From: Candidatus Iainarchaeum sp.
Lineage (GTDB): Archaea; Iainarchaeota; Iainarchaeia; Iainarchaeales; CSSED10-239
Assembly (NCBI GenBank): GCA_037441475.1
Contig: JBBISB010000001.1
Location: forward strand, 637,465 to 669,464
Reading direction: 5' to 3'
Length of the DNA stretch: 32,000 nucleotides
A program made the translations under genes and the position numbers. Positions 8,843 through 17,722 of the stretch are shown here, one piece after another. Within the stretch, counting starts at the first letter, position 1, and the number at the start of each line of letters is the position of its first letter. The notes under the pieces were generated by a model. That model ran no database searches, was not told the DNA's origin, and saw only the letters and a list, made by a program, of their open reading frames with translations.

Positions 8843-9748
8843 ATGGTTAAATGTCCAGAATGTGGAAACACAAAGGTCTACAGAGATTCAAAAAGTGGAG
8901 AATATATCTGTAGTAAATGTCATACTGTTTTATCAGATTACCAAATAGATACAGGTAAGGATTGGAGAACTTTTGATAATTCTGAAAAACAAGATAATGT
9001 TAGTACCGGTTCACCAATGAAGTATACAAAAATAAACAAAGGTCTTGAAACAATGATTGAAAGATCAGGAAGAGACTTGAGAGGAAACAAACTTTCCACA
9101 AAATCAAGAGCTCAGATGTACAGACTTATTAAATGGCATAAAAGATCTTCAATATCAAACTCAGTTCAAAGAAATTTATCCATAGCTTTAACAGAACTTA
9201 AAAGAATTTCATCTTACCTTAACATACCAAATCCTTTAGTTGAAACAGCAGCTTTACTTTACAGAAAGACTGTTGAAAAAGGACTTATAAGAGGAAGATT
9301 AATTGAGGCTGTTGTTGCTGCTGTTCTTTACTCTGTTTGTAGGACATACAATGTTCCAAGAACATTAAATGAAATGGCTGAAGCTTCAGGTCTTACAAAG
9401 AAAGAAATTGGAAGAACATATAGGTTTATTGTAAAAGAACTTGATATTGCTGTTCCTTTAACAGATCCTAGTTACTATATCTCAAGATTTGTTTCTGTTT
9501 TAACATTATCAGCTGAAGTTGAAAATAAAGCAAAAGTTATTGTTAAAAAAGCAATAGCATCAGGTTTAATCTCTGGAAGAGGTCCAACTGGTGTTGCTGC
9601 AGCTGCTGTTTACATAGCTGCTTTAATGACTGGTGAGAGAAGAACTCAAAAAGAGGTTGCAAATGTTGCTGGTGTAACTGAAGTAACCATAAGAAACAGA
9701 TACAGAGAGCTTAAAGCAAAACTTAAGCTTAACATAGATGGAGAGTAA
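8843..9748 (+). CDS. tfb: Transcription initiation factor IIB (TFB)
   Basis: CPECGN...YICSKCHTVL zinc ribbon, 'DWRTFD', and two cyclin-like repeats with 'ISGRGPTGVAAAAVYIAA' and 'TEVTIRNRYREL'. GAGGTG ribosome-binding sequence upstream. Confidence 0.97.
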   Translation: MVKCPECGNTKVYRDSKSGEYICSKCHTVLSDYQIDTGKDWRTFDNSEKQDNVSTGSPMKYTKINKGLETMIERSGRDLRGNKLSTKSRAQMYRLIKWHKRSSISNSVQRNLSIALTELKRISSYLNIPNPLVETAALLYRKTVEKGLIRGRLIEAVVAAVLYSVCRTYNVPRTLNEMAEASGLTKKEIGRTYRFIVKELDIAVPLTDPSYYISRFVSVLTLSAEVENKAKVIVKKAIASGLISGRGPTGVAAAAVYIAALMTGERRTQKEVANVAGVTEVTIRNRYRELKAKLKLNIDGE

Positions 9749-9824
9749 AATCTCTTTCTTTTCTTTTTCTTTTTAATTTAAATAATAAATACTATTTATA
9801 ATTTATTTGTTTTATAAATATCAT

Positions 9825-10286
9825 ATGGAACCAATTAAGATATCTTATAAGTAAGTAGAAGATTGGTGCAGAAAGATCTATCTTCAAGCAAAGAAACAAA
9901 ACTATTCTCCTGATATTCTTTTAGGAATATCTGTTGGTGGTCTTTTCCCTACAGTTCATCTTGCAAGACTTTTTAACACTAAAAATGTTGTTAGTATAGC
10001 TGTTAAGTCCTATGATAAAAACAAAAGAGGAAAGATAGAAGTTATTAACCTTCCCTCAAAACAACTTTTAAAAAATAAAAAAATATTAATTATTGATGAG
10101 ATCCTTGATTCTGGAAAAACAATTGAATTTATTTCTTCACTTTTAATAAACAAATTTCAGGTAAAAGAAATTAAGACAGCAACCATATATGTTAATAAAA
10201 AAAACTGTTCCTTCTATCCTGATTTCTATGTTAAAACAAACCCCCAGTGGCTTGATTTTCCATGGGATAGATTTGAAAAGGTTTAG
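9825..10286 (+). pseudogene. Xanthine/hypoxanthine (gpt-like) phosphoribosyltransferase with in-frame TAA at codon 10
   Basis: Reading MEPIKISYK*VEDWCRKIYLQAKKQNYSPDILLGISVGGLFPTVHLARLF...KKILIIDEILDSGKTIEFISS...PQWLDFPWDRFEKV*. The PRPP-binding motif 'ILIIDEILDSGKT' and terminal 'W..FPW' are intact. TAA is at 9852..9854. Confidence 0.8.
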
Positions 10287-10389
10287 TTTATATATTTTTT
10301 GCCTCTTAAATATATATACTTGTAGAAATATGCAAGTGAATCTTTTTTAACTATTTAAAATTATAAAAAAAATAAAAATGTGATTACAA

Positions 10390-11307
10390 ATGAGTGAAAA
10401 TACAAATATTTACGATTTAGCAATTGTTGGAGGAGGAGCAGCAGCAATGTCATGTGCCCTTTACTCAGGAAGATATAAAATGTCTACTGTAATGTTTACA
10501 GATTCATTTGGAGGAACAACAGCCTCAGCCCACATGATTTGGAACTACCCTGGTTTTTTAGAAATCTCAGGTATGGACCTAATGTCAAAAATGACAGAAC
10601 AGATAAACCACCTTAAGATACCAATAAAGTATGAAAAGGTAATAGATATTAAAAAAGAAAATAATTACTTTATTGTAAACTCAGATCAAGAGTCTTTAAA
10701 AGCAAAAAAAATATTAATAGCCATAGGTATGAAGAAAAGAACCCTTAACATACAAGACGAAGATAAGTTTTTAGGAAAAGGCGTGCATTACTGTGCTACT
10801 TGTGATGGTGCTTTCTACAGAGATAAAGTGGTTGGAGTTATTGGAGGGTCTGACGCTGCAGTAACAGCAGCTCTTTTACTTTCAGAGCTTGGAAAAAAAG
10901 TTTACTTAATCTATAGAGGAACTTCCTTAAGAGCAGAACCTATGTGGCTTGATTCTCTTTACAAACAAAAAAATGTTGAGATTCTTTATAACTCTGAACT
11001 TAAAAAGTTAGTTGGTAATGAAAAATTAGAAAAAATTATTCTTAAGGACGATAAAGAAATTGTTCTTGATGGTATCTTTATAGAGATTGGTCATGTTCCA
11101 AACACAGAGCTTTTAGAAAAATTAAACCTTACCTTAGATTCACATGGAGAGATAATTGTTGATAGAGAGCAAAGAACAAATATACCTGGTGTCTTTGCTG
11201 CTGGAGATTGTACAAACCAATCTGAGCTTAAACAAATAGTAACTTCAACCTCCCAAGGAGCAGTGGCTGCCTACCATATGTTCAAGGATTTAAAGGCTGA
11301 ACAATGA
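10390..11307 (+). CDS. trxB: Thioredoxin-disulfide reductase family
   Basis: 305 aa with 'AIVGGGAAAMSCALYSGR', redox 'CATCDGAFY', 'VIGGSDAAVTAALLL' and 'GVFAAGDCTN'. Confidence 0.93.
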   Translation: MSENTNIYDLAIVGGGAAAMSCALYSGRYKMSTVMFTDSFGGTTASAHMIWNYPGFLEISGMDLMSKMTEQINHLKIPIKYEKVIDIKKENNYFIVNSDQESLKAKKILIAIGMKKRTLNIQDEDKFLGKGVHYCATCDGAFYRDKVVGVIGGSDAAVTAALLLSELGKKVYLIYRGTSLRAEPMWLDSLYKQKNVEILYNSELKKLVGNEKLEKIILKDDKEIVLDGIFIEIGHVPNTELLEKLNLTLDSHGEIIVDREQRTNIPGVFAAGDCTNQSELKQIVTSTSQGAVAAYHMFKDLKAEQ

Positions 11308-11413
11308 CAGCTATACATAAAAAGATACCTTTATTAAACATACCATTAATCATATTATTAAGGGGTTTTTTAAAAACATTTTTTAAATAAAATAACATCT
11401 AATAAAAACAATA

Positions 11414-12109
11414 ATGAGGGGTTTTATGACCGATATAAATAGTAAAGTAAAAAAGTCTTTTGAGTCAATTAATAAGAATCTTTATAGGACAAACAAGGTT
11501 TTAGAGCTTTATAACCCATTACATGATATAATAAACAGCTTAATAAACGATTATAAAGAAATTTATGAAATAGGAAAGAAAAACGAACATTTAGAAAAAG
11601 AAATTGAAGAAGAAATTAAAAAAAGAGAGCTCATCTCTTTGTTTAAGAAAATGCATTTAACTGTTGCTGAAATTAAAGAGGAAATGGATATTTTCTATAA
11701 AGAGATGCAAGATGCAGATAAGTTTTTTGAAAAATACAGAACATACAGAACATATGTTTTTACAGATACTTTAAAGGCAAAAGACTATATCCAAAAACTA
11801 ATCTCTTCCTTTGACATTAAAGACTTTATTTTAAAGTTTAATGTTGTTGGAACCATTGATCTTTCAGACATTTCAACAAAAGTAAAAGGTAAAAAACAAG
11901 GTATTGATATAGTTGTTCCATCTGAAAACCTTGGTTTAATCTTTGATGAAATCTTAAAGTCTAAGACAGTTAAGTTTAGATTAGTATCTGATGCTATAAC
12001 CATCTATTTCGAGAAAGACATTATTCTTTATATAGAAGGACAAAGTAAGAAAATCAAGTTATGTGATATTGAAGCACAAAACTTTAATGCTAAGGTTATT
12101 GAAGATTAA
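11414..12109 (+). CDS. Hypothetical protein with long N-terminal coiled coil (start may be the ATG at 11426)
   Basis: 231-aa ORF just upstream of scpA. Helical/charged N-terminal half and beta-rich C-terminal half. Confidence 0.6.
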   Translation: MRGFMTDINSKVKKSFESINKNLYRTNKVLELYNPLHDIINSLINDYKEIYEIGKKNEHLEKEIEEEIKKRELISLFKKMHLTVAEIKEEMDIFYKEMQDADKFFEKYRTYRTYVFTDTLKAKDYIQKLISSFDIKDFILKFNVVGTIDLSDISTKVKGKKQGIDIVVPSENLGLIFDEILKSKTVKFRLVSDAITIYFEKDIILYIEGQSKKIKLCDIEAQNFNAKVIED

Positions 12110-12156
12110 AAAAAACCTTAGTCTTTTTATTCTTTTTTAAACATGATTATTTCATT

Positions 12157-12822
12157 ATGGATAGATTAATAACAATCATTGACCAACCAAACTGGAAACT
12201 ACTATTATTTGATTTAGTTAAATCAAATGATTTTGATATTTGGAACATTGATATAGTATCCTTAACAGAGCTTTATTTAAAAAAAATAATTCAGCTTAAA
12301 GAGGGTAATTTAATGGTTCCTGCAAATGCTCTTTTAGCTGCCAGTATTCTACTTAAAATAAAAACATATACCTTAAAGCTTACAAGCATAGAACCTGAAG
12401 AAGAATTAATAATACCAAAAGAAGAGGATCTTTTGCTTAATGCTTTAAATCTTGATAACCAAATAAGGAATAAAGAAGGACAAGTTTCTTTAGATGACTT
12501 AATAGAAGCCATTGATTCTATAATGAATAGACCAACTAAAAAGAACTTAGAAAAAATGATTAAGGAAAAAGCTGAAATTGAATTTATTCTTCCAAGGACT
12601 ATTGAAGACATTAACTACAGGATAGATGTTCTTTATACCTCTATTAAAAAACAAGCTGATGATGAAGGTTGTTTAACTTTTAAAAAACTTTTTTCAAATA
12701 ACATTAATAACTTTGATGTTGTAAACAATCTTTTTATACCTCTTTTATTTCTTCATCAAGAAGAAAAAATAAATGTTTGGCAAGATGACTTTTTTTCTGA
12801 AATTTTTATAAAAGTTATTTAA
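12157..12822 (+). CDS. scpA: Segregation and condensation protein A (kleisin-like)
   Basis: 221 aa with 'NWKLLLFDLVKSNDFDIWNIDIVSLTELYLKKI', 'VPANALLAASILLKIKTYTL' and C-terminal winged-helix 'LTFKKLF...FIPLLFLHQEEKINVWQDDFFSEIFIK'. Confidence 0.85.
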   Translation: MDRLITIIDQPNWKLLLFDLVKSNDFDIWNIDIVSLTELYLKKIIQLKEGNLMVPANALLAASILLKIKTYTLKLTSIEPEEELIIPKEEDLLLNALNLDNQIRNKEGQVSLDDLIEAIDSIMNRPTKKNLEKMIKEKAEIEFILPRTIEDINYRIDVLYTSIKKQADDEGCLTFKKLFSNNINNFDVVNNLFIPLLFLHQEEKINVWQDDFFSEIFIKVI

Positions 12823-12890
12823 TTTTTTCTTTTTAAGTAATTTTTTCTTTTTTCTTTGTTTAATCTTTTTTTTAAAAACTTTAACACATA

Positions 12891-12926
12891 TTTATAAATA
12901 TTATGTATGTATATTTTATCTATTTT
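12891..12926 (+). promoter_or_regulatory. TATA-box promoter block (TTTATAAATATTATGTAT...ATATTTTATCTA) upstream of 12957
   Basis: Canonical archaeal TTTATAAATA box, nearly identical to the block at 14803 upstream of the paralog. Confidence 0.6.
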
Positions 12927-12956
12927 GTAGTTATTATTTAAGAAGGACCTTGTCTT

Positions 12957-14741
12957 ATGAAAAAAATAAAAAAACTTATTTCTAAAAATAAAGATGTGAA
13001 AAAAGATATGAATCATAATAAAAAAGCTCAAGTCTCAATTGAGATGATTGTTATTTTAGGAATATTGATTTTAGGTGCTGTTATTTTAGCAACCTTTCTA
13101 GGTCTTTTTGGTGAAAAAACAACCCAGTTAACAGATCTTAATGAAGTTGCTGAAGGTACTTTTGATGGTTTTTTAAATAATTTAGGAAATTCTTCAGATG
13201 GAAGTTTCCCACAGCAGCCAGGAGGTACAGGAATAAACTATACTTTAACATTAATTCCAAACAATGCATCTTTTGGAACAGCAAACACCTCTGGTAGTTA
13301 TCAGTCAGGTTCTTTAGTAACTGTTACAGCAACTCCTAGTGCAGGTTATTCTTTTGTAAACTGGACAATCACTTCAACAGGTGTTGTTGCAAGTACAAAT
13401 GCAAGTTATTCTTTTACAATGCCAACAAACAATTTAGGTTTAACAGCTAATTTTTCTTCAAAAGCTCCTACCTTATATACCTTATCATTAGTTGAAAATC
13501 CAAATGAACCTAATGCAACATTGATTGGTGCTGGAAGTTATGCCGCAGGAACAGTAGTTTCAGTTTCCATAACCACTACAGGTTCAATATTTTTTAATAA
13601 TTGGACAAACCAAGGCGGAACTGTAGTAAGCTCTGTTGCAAATTTTAATTATACAATGCCTGCAAGTAATACAACATTAACAGCAAACTTTTCTACTGCT
13701 GCAACTATGGTTTCTTATTTCACTTCTACATGGGATACAACAAAAACAAGCCCAGGTTCTTCTAATAGTAATCAAATAAAATTACCATTAGTTCCAACAG
13801 GGACATATAACTTCGTTGTTTATTGGGGAGATAGAACTACAAACACTATAACCACTTGGAATTCTTCAAATGCAACCCATACATACTCTTCACCTGGAGA
13901 GTACACAATATATATCTCAGGTGTAATAAATGGATTTTCATTTAATAATTCTGGAGATAAATTAAAATTATTACGAATAGGTTCTTGGGGTCAATTAAAC
14001 TTAGGAAATACAGGTGGTTATTTCTATGGTGCACAAAATCTAGAAATAGATGCAGCAGATTCTCTTGATTTAAGAGGAACAACAAATTTATCTTCTATGT
14101 TTAGAGATTGTTCTTCAATTACAACTATTCCTTCATTAAATAAATGGGATGTTACATATGTAACTGATATGAGTTCAATGTTTTCATATGCAACTTCATT
14201 TAATGCTCCTTTAAATACTTGGGATGTTAGAAATGTAACAAATATGTCTGGGATGTTTAATGGAGCTACTTCTTTTAATCAATATATAAATGACTGGGAC
14301 ACTTCAAATGTTAGTGATATGCAATACATGTTTTTAGGTGCAGAAAAATTTAACCAGCCCTTAAACCAATGGAATGTTTCAAATGTTAGAAATATGGCTG
14401 GAATGTTTGCAAGTGCACAGAATTTTGATCAACCTTTAAACAGTTGGGATGTTTCGAAGGTAACGCTTATGGAGGGTATGTTTGGTAATGCGTATTCTTT
14501 TGATCAGCCTTTAGATAGATGGGATATTTCAAACGTTATTTTTATGGATTATTTTTTTGGAGATATAACTTTATCCACTAAAAATTATGATGCAATATTA
14601 AATTCTTGGGCTAATCAAAAATTAAAACAAAATGTTGTTTTTGATGCAGGGTATAGTAAGTATAGTTCTTCTGGTGAAGCTGCAAGAGATGTATTAATTA
14701 AAAACTATAATTGGACTATTAAAGATGGCGGTCTTCAGTAA
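12957..14741 (+). CDS. Class III (pilin-like) signal-peptide surface protein with InlB-B-like repeat, PKD-like region and BspA/DUF285 repeats
   Basis: 594 aa. 'NKKAQVSIEMIVILGILILGAV' is a class III signal peptide. It is followed by 'GSYQSGSLVTVTATPSAGYSFVNWTIT', then 'YWGDRTTNTITTW', then repeats such as 'WDVRNVTNMSGMFNGATSFNQ'. Confidence 0.88.
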   Translation: MKKIKKLISKNKDVKKDMNHNKKAQVSIEMIVILGILILGAVILATFLGLFGEKTTQLTDLNEVAEGTFDGFLNNLGNSSDGSFPQQPGGTGINYTLTLIPNNASFGTANTSGSYQSGSLVTVTATPSAGYSFVNWTITSTGVVASTNASYSFTMPTNNLGLTANFSSKAPTLYTLSLVENPNEPNATLIGAGSYAAGTVVSVSITTTGSIFFNNWTNQGGTVVSSVANFNYTMPASNTTLTANFSTAATMVSYFTSTWDTTKTSPGSSNSNQIKLPLVPTGTYNFVVYWGDRTTNTITTWNSSNATHTYSSPGEYTIYISGVINGFSFNNSGDKLKLLRIGSWGQLNLGNTGGYFYGAQNLEIDAADSLDLRGTTNLSSMFRDCSSITTIPSLNKWDVTYVTDMSSMFSYATSFNAPLNTWDVRNVTNMSGMFNGATSFNQYINDWDTSNVSDMQYMFLGAEKFNQPLNQWNVSNVRNMAGMFASAQNFDQPLNSWDVSKVTLMEGMFGNAYSFDQPLDRWDISNVIFMDYFFGDITLSTKNYDAILNSWANQKLKQNVVFDAGYSKYSSSGEAARDVLIKNYNWTIKDGGLQ

Positions 14742-14760
14742 TCCTTTTTTTTAAAAATAA

Positions 14761-14792
14761 TTAGTAATTATCTTATTTAGTAATTATCTTAT
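14761..14792 (+). repeat. 16-bp tandem duplication TTAGTAATTATCTTAT x2 upstream of promoter
   Basis: TTAGTAATTATCTTAT at 14761..14776 and an exact repeat at 14777..14792, 10 bp before the TATA box at 14803. Confidence 0.7.
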
Positions 14793-14802
14793 TTAACACA
14801 TG

Positions 14803-14840
14803 TTTATAAATATTATGTATTAATATTTTATCTATATACA
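14803..14840 (+). promoter_or_regulatory. TATA-box promoter block paralogous to 12891
   Basis: TTTATAAATATTATGTATTAATATTTTATCTA versus TTTATAAATATTATGTATGTATATTTTATCTA at 12891. Confidence 0.6.
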
Positions 14841-14874
14841 TCCTTATGTTATAAAATTATAAGCGTCTTTAATT

Positions 14875-17673
14875 ATGAAGAAAATAAAAAATAAATTAGT
14901 TATTAAAAAAAAAGAGAAGAAAGATATGAATAAAAATAAAAAAGCCCAGGTCTCAATAGAGATGATAATTATTTTATCTGTTTTAATTTTAGGGGCAGTA
15001 GTATTTGCATCTTTACTTCTAGGCTTTTTTAATAAAAGTGTTGATAGAAACACAGATGTTGATGATGTAGCAAGTAATACTGTTAATAGCTTCATTAAAG
15101 ATCTTGTAAATTATAATGATAGTAATAATCAAACCACTCCAAGTCCAACACCAATATTTTATAATCTAGTATTAACTCCAAACAATCCTTCTTTTGGAAC
15201 AGCAAACACCTCTGGTAGTTATCAGTCAGGGTCTTTAGTAACTGTTACAGCAACTCCTAGTGCAGGTTATTCTTTTGTAAACTGGACAATCACTTCAACA
15301 GGTGTGGTTGCAAGTACAAATGCAAGTTATTCTTTTAATATGCCTTCAAGTAATTTAAGCTTATCAGCAAACTTTGTTTTAGCCCCTCCTACAAACTGTA
15401 CTTTAACCTTAAACAGAAATCCTGTTTCAGGTGGAACAGTTTCAGGCGCAGGGACTTTTCCTTGTAATTCTTCTGTGACAGCAACAGCAACTCCTGCAAT
15501 TAACTATGCTTTCACTAATTGGACAACAACAAGTGGGACTGTTACAACAAACCATTATACTTTTAATTTAAATTCTTCTCAAACATTAACAGCAAACTTT
15601 ACACCTTCTGCTTATAATCTTAATTTAACAAAATCAGGAAGTGGAACTGGAACTGTTACAAGTTCTCCTGTTGGTATATCTTGTGGTTCAAGTTGTACTA
15701 CAGCATCTTATGCTTTTCCTGTTAATCAACTTGTTACTTTAACAGCAACTGTTGTTAGTGGACATACTTTTGCAGGTTGGTCAGGGGATTGTTCAGGCAC
15801 AAATCAAACCTGTACTGTTACAATGTCTCAAGCAAGAAATGTAACTGCAACTTTTAATCTTCCAAACATATATTTATTATCTGTATCTAAAGAAAATCCG
15901 CTTGGTGGCTGGGTTGTAAGTTCTGGACCTACCCTAGGTATTAGTTGTGGTTCTGATTGTTCTGAAATTTATTCTTTAGGAGTTAATGTTTCTTTAACAA
16001 CAACAAATCTTCTTCCAGGTTATACTTTTGTTGAATGGAGAGATGCTTGTACAGGATCTGCAGCTATCTGTTCATTTACTATGGATGGTCCAAAATATGT
16101 AACTGCTGTTTTTGCTCCTATTAATCATACTTTAAATGTAAATAAAGTAAATCCTTCTTACGGTCTTGTACAGACTGTTTCTCCATCTACAGGAATTATC
16201 TGTGGTCTTGATTGCTCTGAAAGTTATTTTTATGGAACTAATGTTACTTTAAATGCTTCTGGTTTAAGTGGGGGAACTTTTGCAAGATGGTCTGGTGCTG
16301 GTTGTTCAGGCACAGATAACTGTATAGTTACAATGGATGCTGCAAAAACTGTAACTGCAACTTTTAATGCTCCTGTTTCAAATTATTTATTAACTGTTAA
16401 TAAGAATGGTACTGGTTCAGGAAGAGTTGTAAGTTCTACAATAGGTATTGATTGTGGAAGTACATGTTCTGCAAATTATGCTCAAGGAACAGTTATTAGT
16501 TTAACAGCTAATCCTGATGCAGGAAATACTTTTACTGGATGGTTAGGAGATTGTTCTGGAACTGGTCAATGTTTTGTGACTATGGATTCTGCAAAAAATG
16601 TTACTGCTGTATTTAATGCTACTAATTCATTCATTTCTAAATGGGTTACAAATAATTCTGAAGAAAGTAATTCTAATCAAATAAAATTACCGCTTGTTTC
16701 TTCTGGAACTTATAAATTTACAGTATATTGGGGAGATGGAACTACAAATACTATAACCACTTGGAATTCTTCAAATGCAACCCATACATACTCTTCACCT
16801 GGAGAGTACACAATATATATCTCAGGTGTAATAAATGGATTTTCATTTAATAATTCTGGAGATAAACTTAAATTAACTCAAATTTCAAAGTGGGGACCAT
16901 TAAGACTTGGAAATACAGGTTCTTATTTCTATGGTGCACAAAACCTAACAATAACTGCAACAGATGTTTTAGATTTAACTGGTACTACAAATTTATCTTT
17001 AATGTTTAGTAACTGTTCTTCAATAACAACAATTCCTTCTATTAATAGTTGGAATGTTTCAAATGTTACAAATATGGGATTTATGTTTTATTATGCAAGT
17101 CAGTTTAATAGTCCTTTAAATAATTGGAATGTTTCAAATGTAACGAATATGCAGAGTATGTTTTATGGTGCAACTAATTTCAACCAACCAATCGGAGATT
17201 GGAATGTTTCAAATGTAACGAATATGAGTAATATGTTTTCTTATGCAACTGCTTTCAACCAACCAATCGGTTCTTGGAATGTTTCAAAAGTAACTACAAT
17301 GCAAAGAATGTTTTTTCGTGCTTCTAATTTTAATAGACCTGTAGGAGATTGGAATGTTTCAAGTGTGAATAATATGGAAGGTATGTTTTTGAATGCATCT
17401 AGCTTTAATCAACCTCTTGGTAATTGGAATCCAATAAATGTAAATAATTTTTCAATGTTTATTTCTAATACCAGGTGTTGTATTTTATCTACTGCAAATT
17501 ATGATAATTTATTAATTGGATGGTCTTCTAAAAATTTGCAAAGAAATGTTAGATTAGATGTAGGTACAAGATATAGCTCAGCAGGTGAAACTGCAAGACA
17601 ATCAATTATAACTAACTATAATTGGTATATTCATGATAATGGTAAGCAGTGGTTAAAAATATTTATAAATTAA
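14875..17673 (+). CDS. Class III (pilin-like) signal-peptide surface protein with multiple InlB-B-like repeats (several Cys-rich) and BspA/DUF285 repeats
   Basis: 932 aa. 'NKKAQVSIEMIIILSVLILGAV' leader, about six InlB-B-like modules (four of them 'GI.CG..C...Y...V.L.A...F..W.G.CSG...C.VTM..A..VTA.F'), then 'WNVSNVTNMSNMFSYATAFNQ' repeats. Confidence 0.88.
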   Translation: MKKIKNKLVIKKKEKKDMNKNKKAQVSIEMIIILSVLILGAVVFASLLLGFFNKSVDRNTDVDDVASNTVNSFIKDLVNYNDSNNQTTPSPTPIFYNLVLTPNNPSFGTANTSGSYQSGSLVTVTATPSAGYSFVNWTITSTGVVASTNASYSFNMPSSNLSLSANFVLAPPTNCTLTLNRNPVSGGTVSGAGTFPCNSSVTATATPAINYAFTNWTTTSGTVTTNHYTFNLNSSQTLTANFTPSAYNLNLTKSGSGTGTVTSSPVGISCGSSCTTASYAFPVNQLVTLTATVVSGHTFAGWSGDCSGTNQTCTVTMSQARNVTATFNLPNIYLLSVSKENPLGGWVVSSGPTLGISCGSDCSEIYSLGVNVSLTTTNLLPGYTFVEWRDACTGSAAICSFTMDGPKYVTAVFAPINHTLNVNKVNPSYGLVQTVSPSTGIICGLDCSESYFYGTNVTLNASGLSGGTFARWSGAGCSGTDNCIVTMDAAKTVTATFNAPVSNYLLTVNKNGTGSGRVVSSTIGIDCGSTCSANYAQGTVISLTANPDAGNTFTGWLGDCSGTGQCFVTMDSAKNVTAVFNATNSFISKWVTNNSEESNSNQIKLPLVSSGTYKFTVYWGDGTTNTITTWNSSNATHTYSSPGEYTIYISGVINGFSFNNSGDKLKLTQISKWGPLRLGNTGSYFYGAQNLTITATDVLDLTGTTNLSLMFSNCSSITTIPSINSWNVSNVTNMGFMFYYASQFNSPLNNWNVSNVTNMQSMFYGATNFNQPIGDWNVSNVTNMSNMFSYATAFNQPIGSWNVSKVTTMQRMFFRASNFNRPVGDWNVSSVNNMEGMFLNASSFNQPLGNWNPINVNNFSMFISNTRCCILSTANYDNLLIGWSSKNLQRNVRLDVGTRYSSAGETARQSIITNYNWYIHDNGKQWLKIFIN

Positions 17674-17722
17674 ACTATCTTAATATATATAGATATTTTT
17701 TTTAAAAAAAAGATGATTATAT

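Noticed and set aside
9852-9854. In-frame TAA as evidence for an alternative genetic code
   Set aside because: TAA is used as a normal terminator elsewhere (for example tfb ends GAGTAA), and long ORFs in the window have no internal TAA, so global reassignment is not supported.
12819-13031. Minus-strand ORF (70 aa) upstream of the first surface gene
   Set aside because: It covers the TATA promoter and 5' end of the class III signal-peptide gene. Its composition is that of reverse-complemented AT-rich sequence with no recognisable motif.
14844-15095. Minus-strand ORF (83 aa) opposite the second surface gene start
   Set aside because: It lies antisense to a well supported signal peptide coding region, and is most simply a by-product of low-complexity Lys/Ile codons.
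17693-17712. T8/A8 palindromic run before the third pilin-like gene as a structured terminator
   Set aside because: A T8A8 tract is expected by chance at this AT content. It has no GC-containing stem, so it could only be a generic poly-T terminator.
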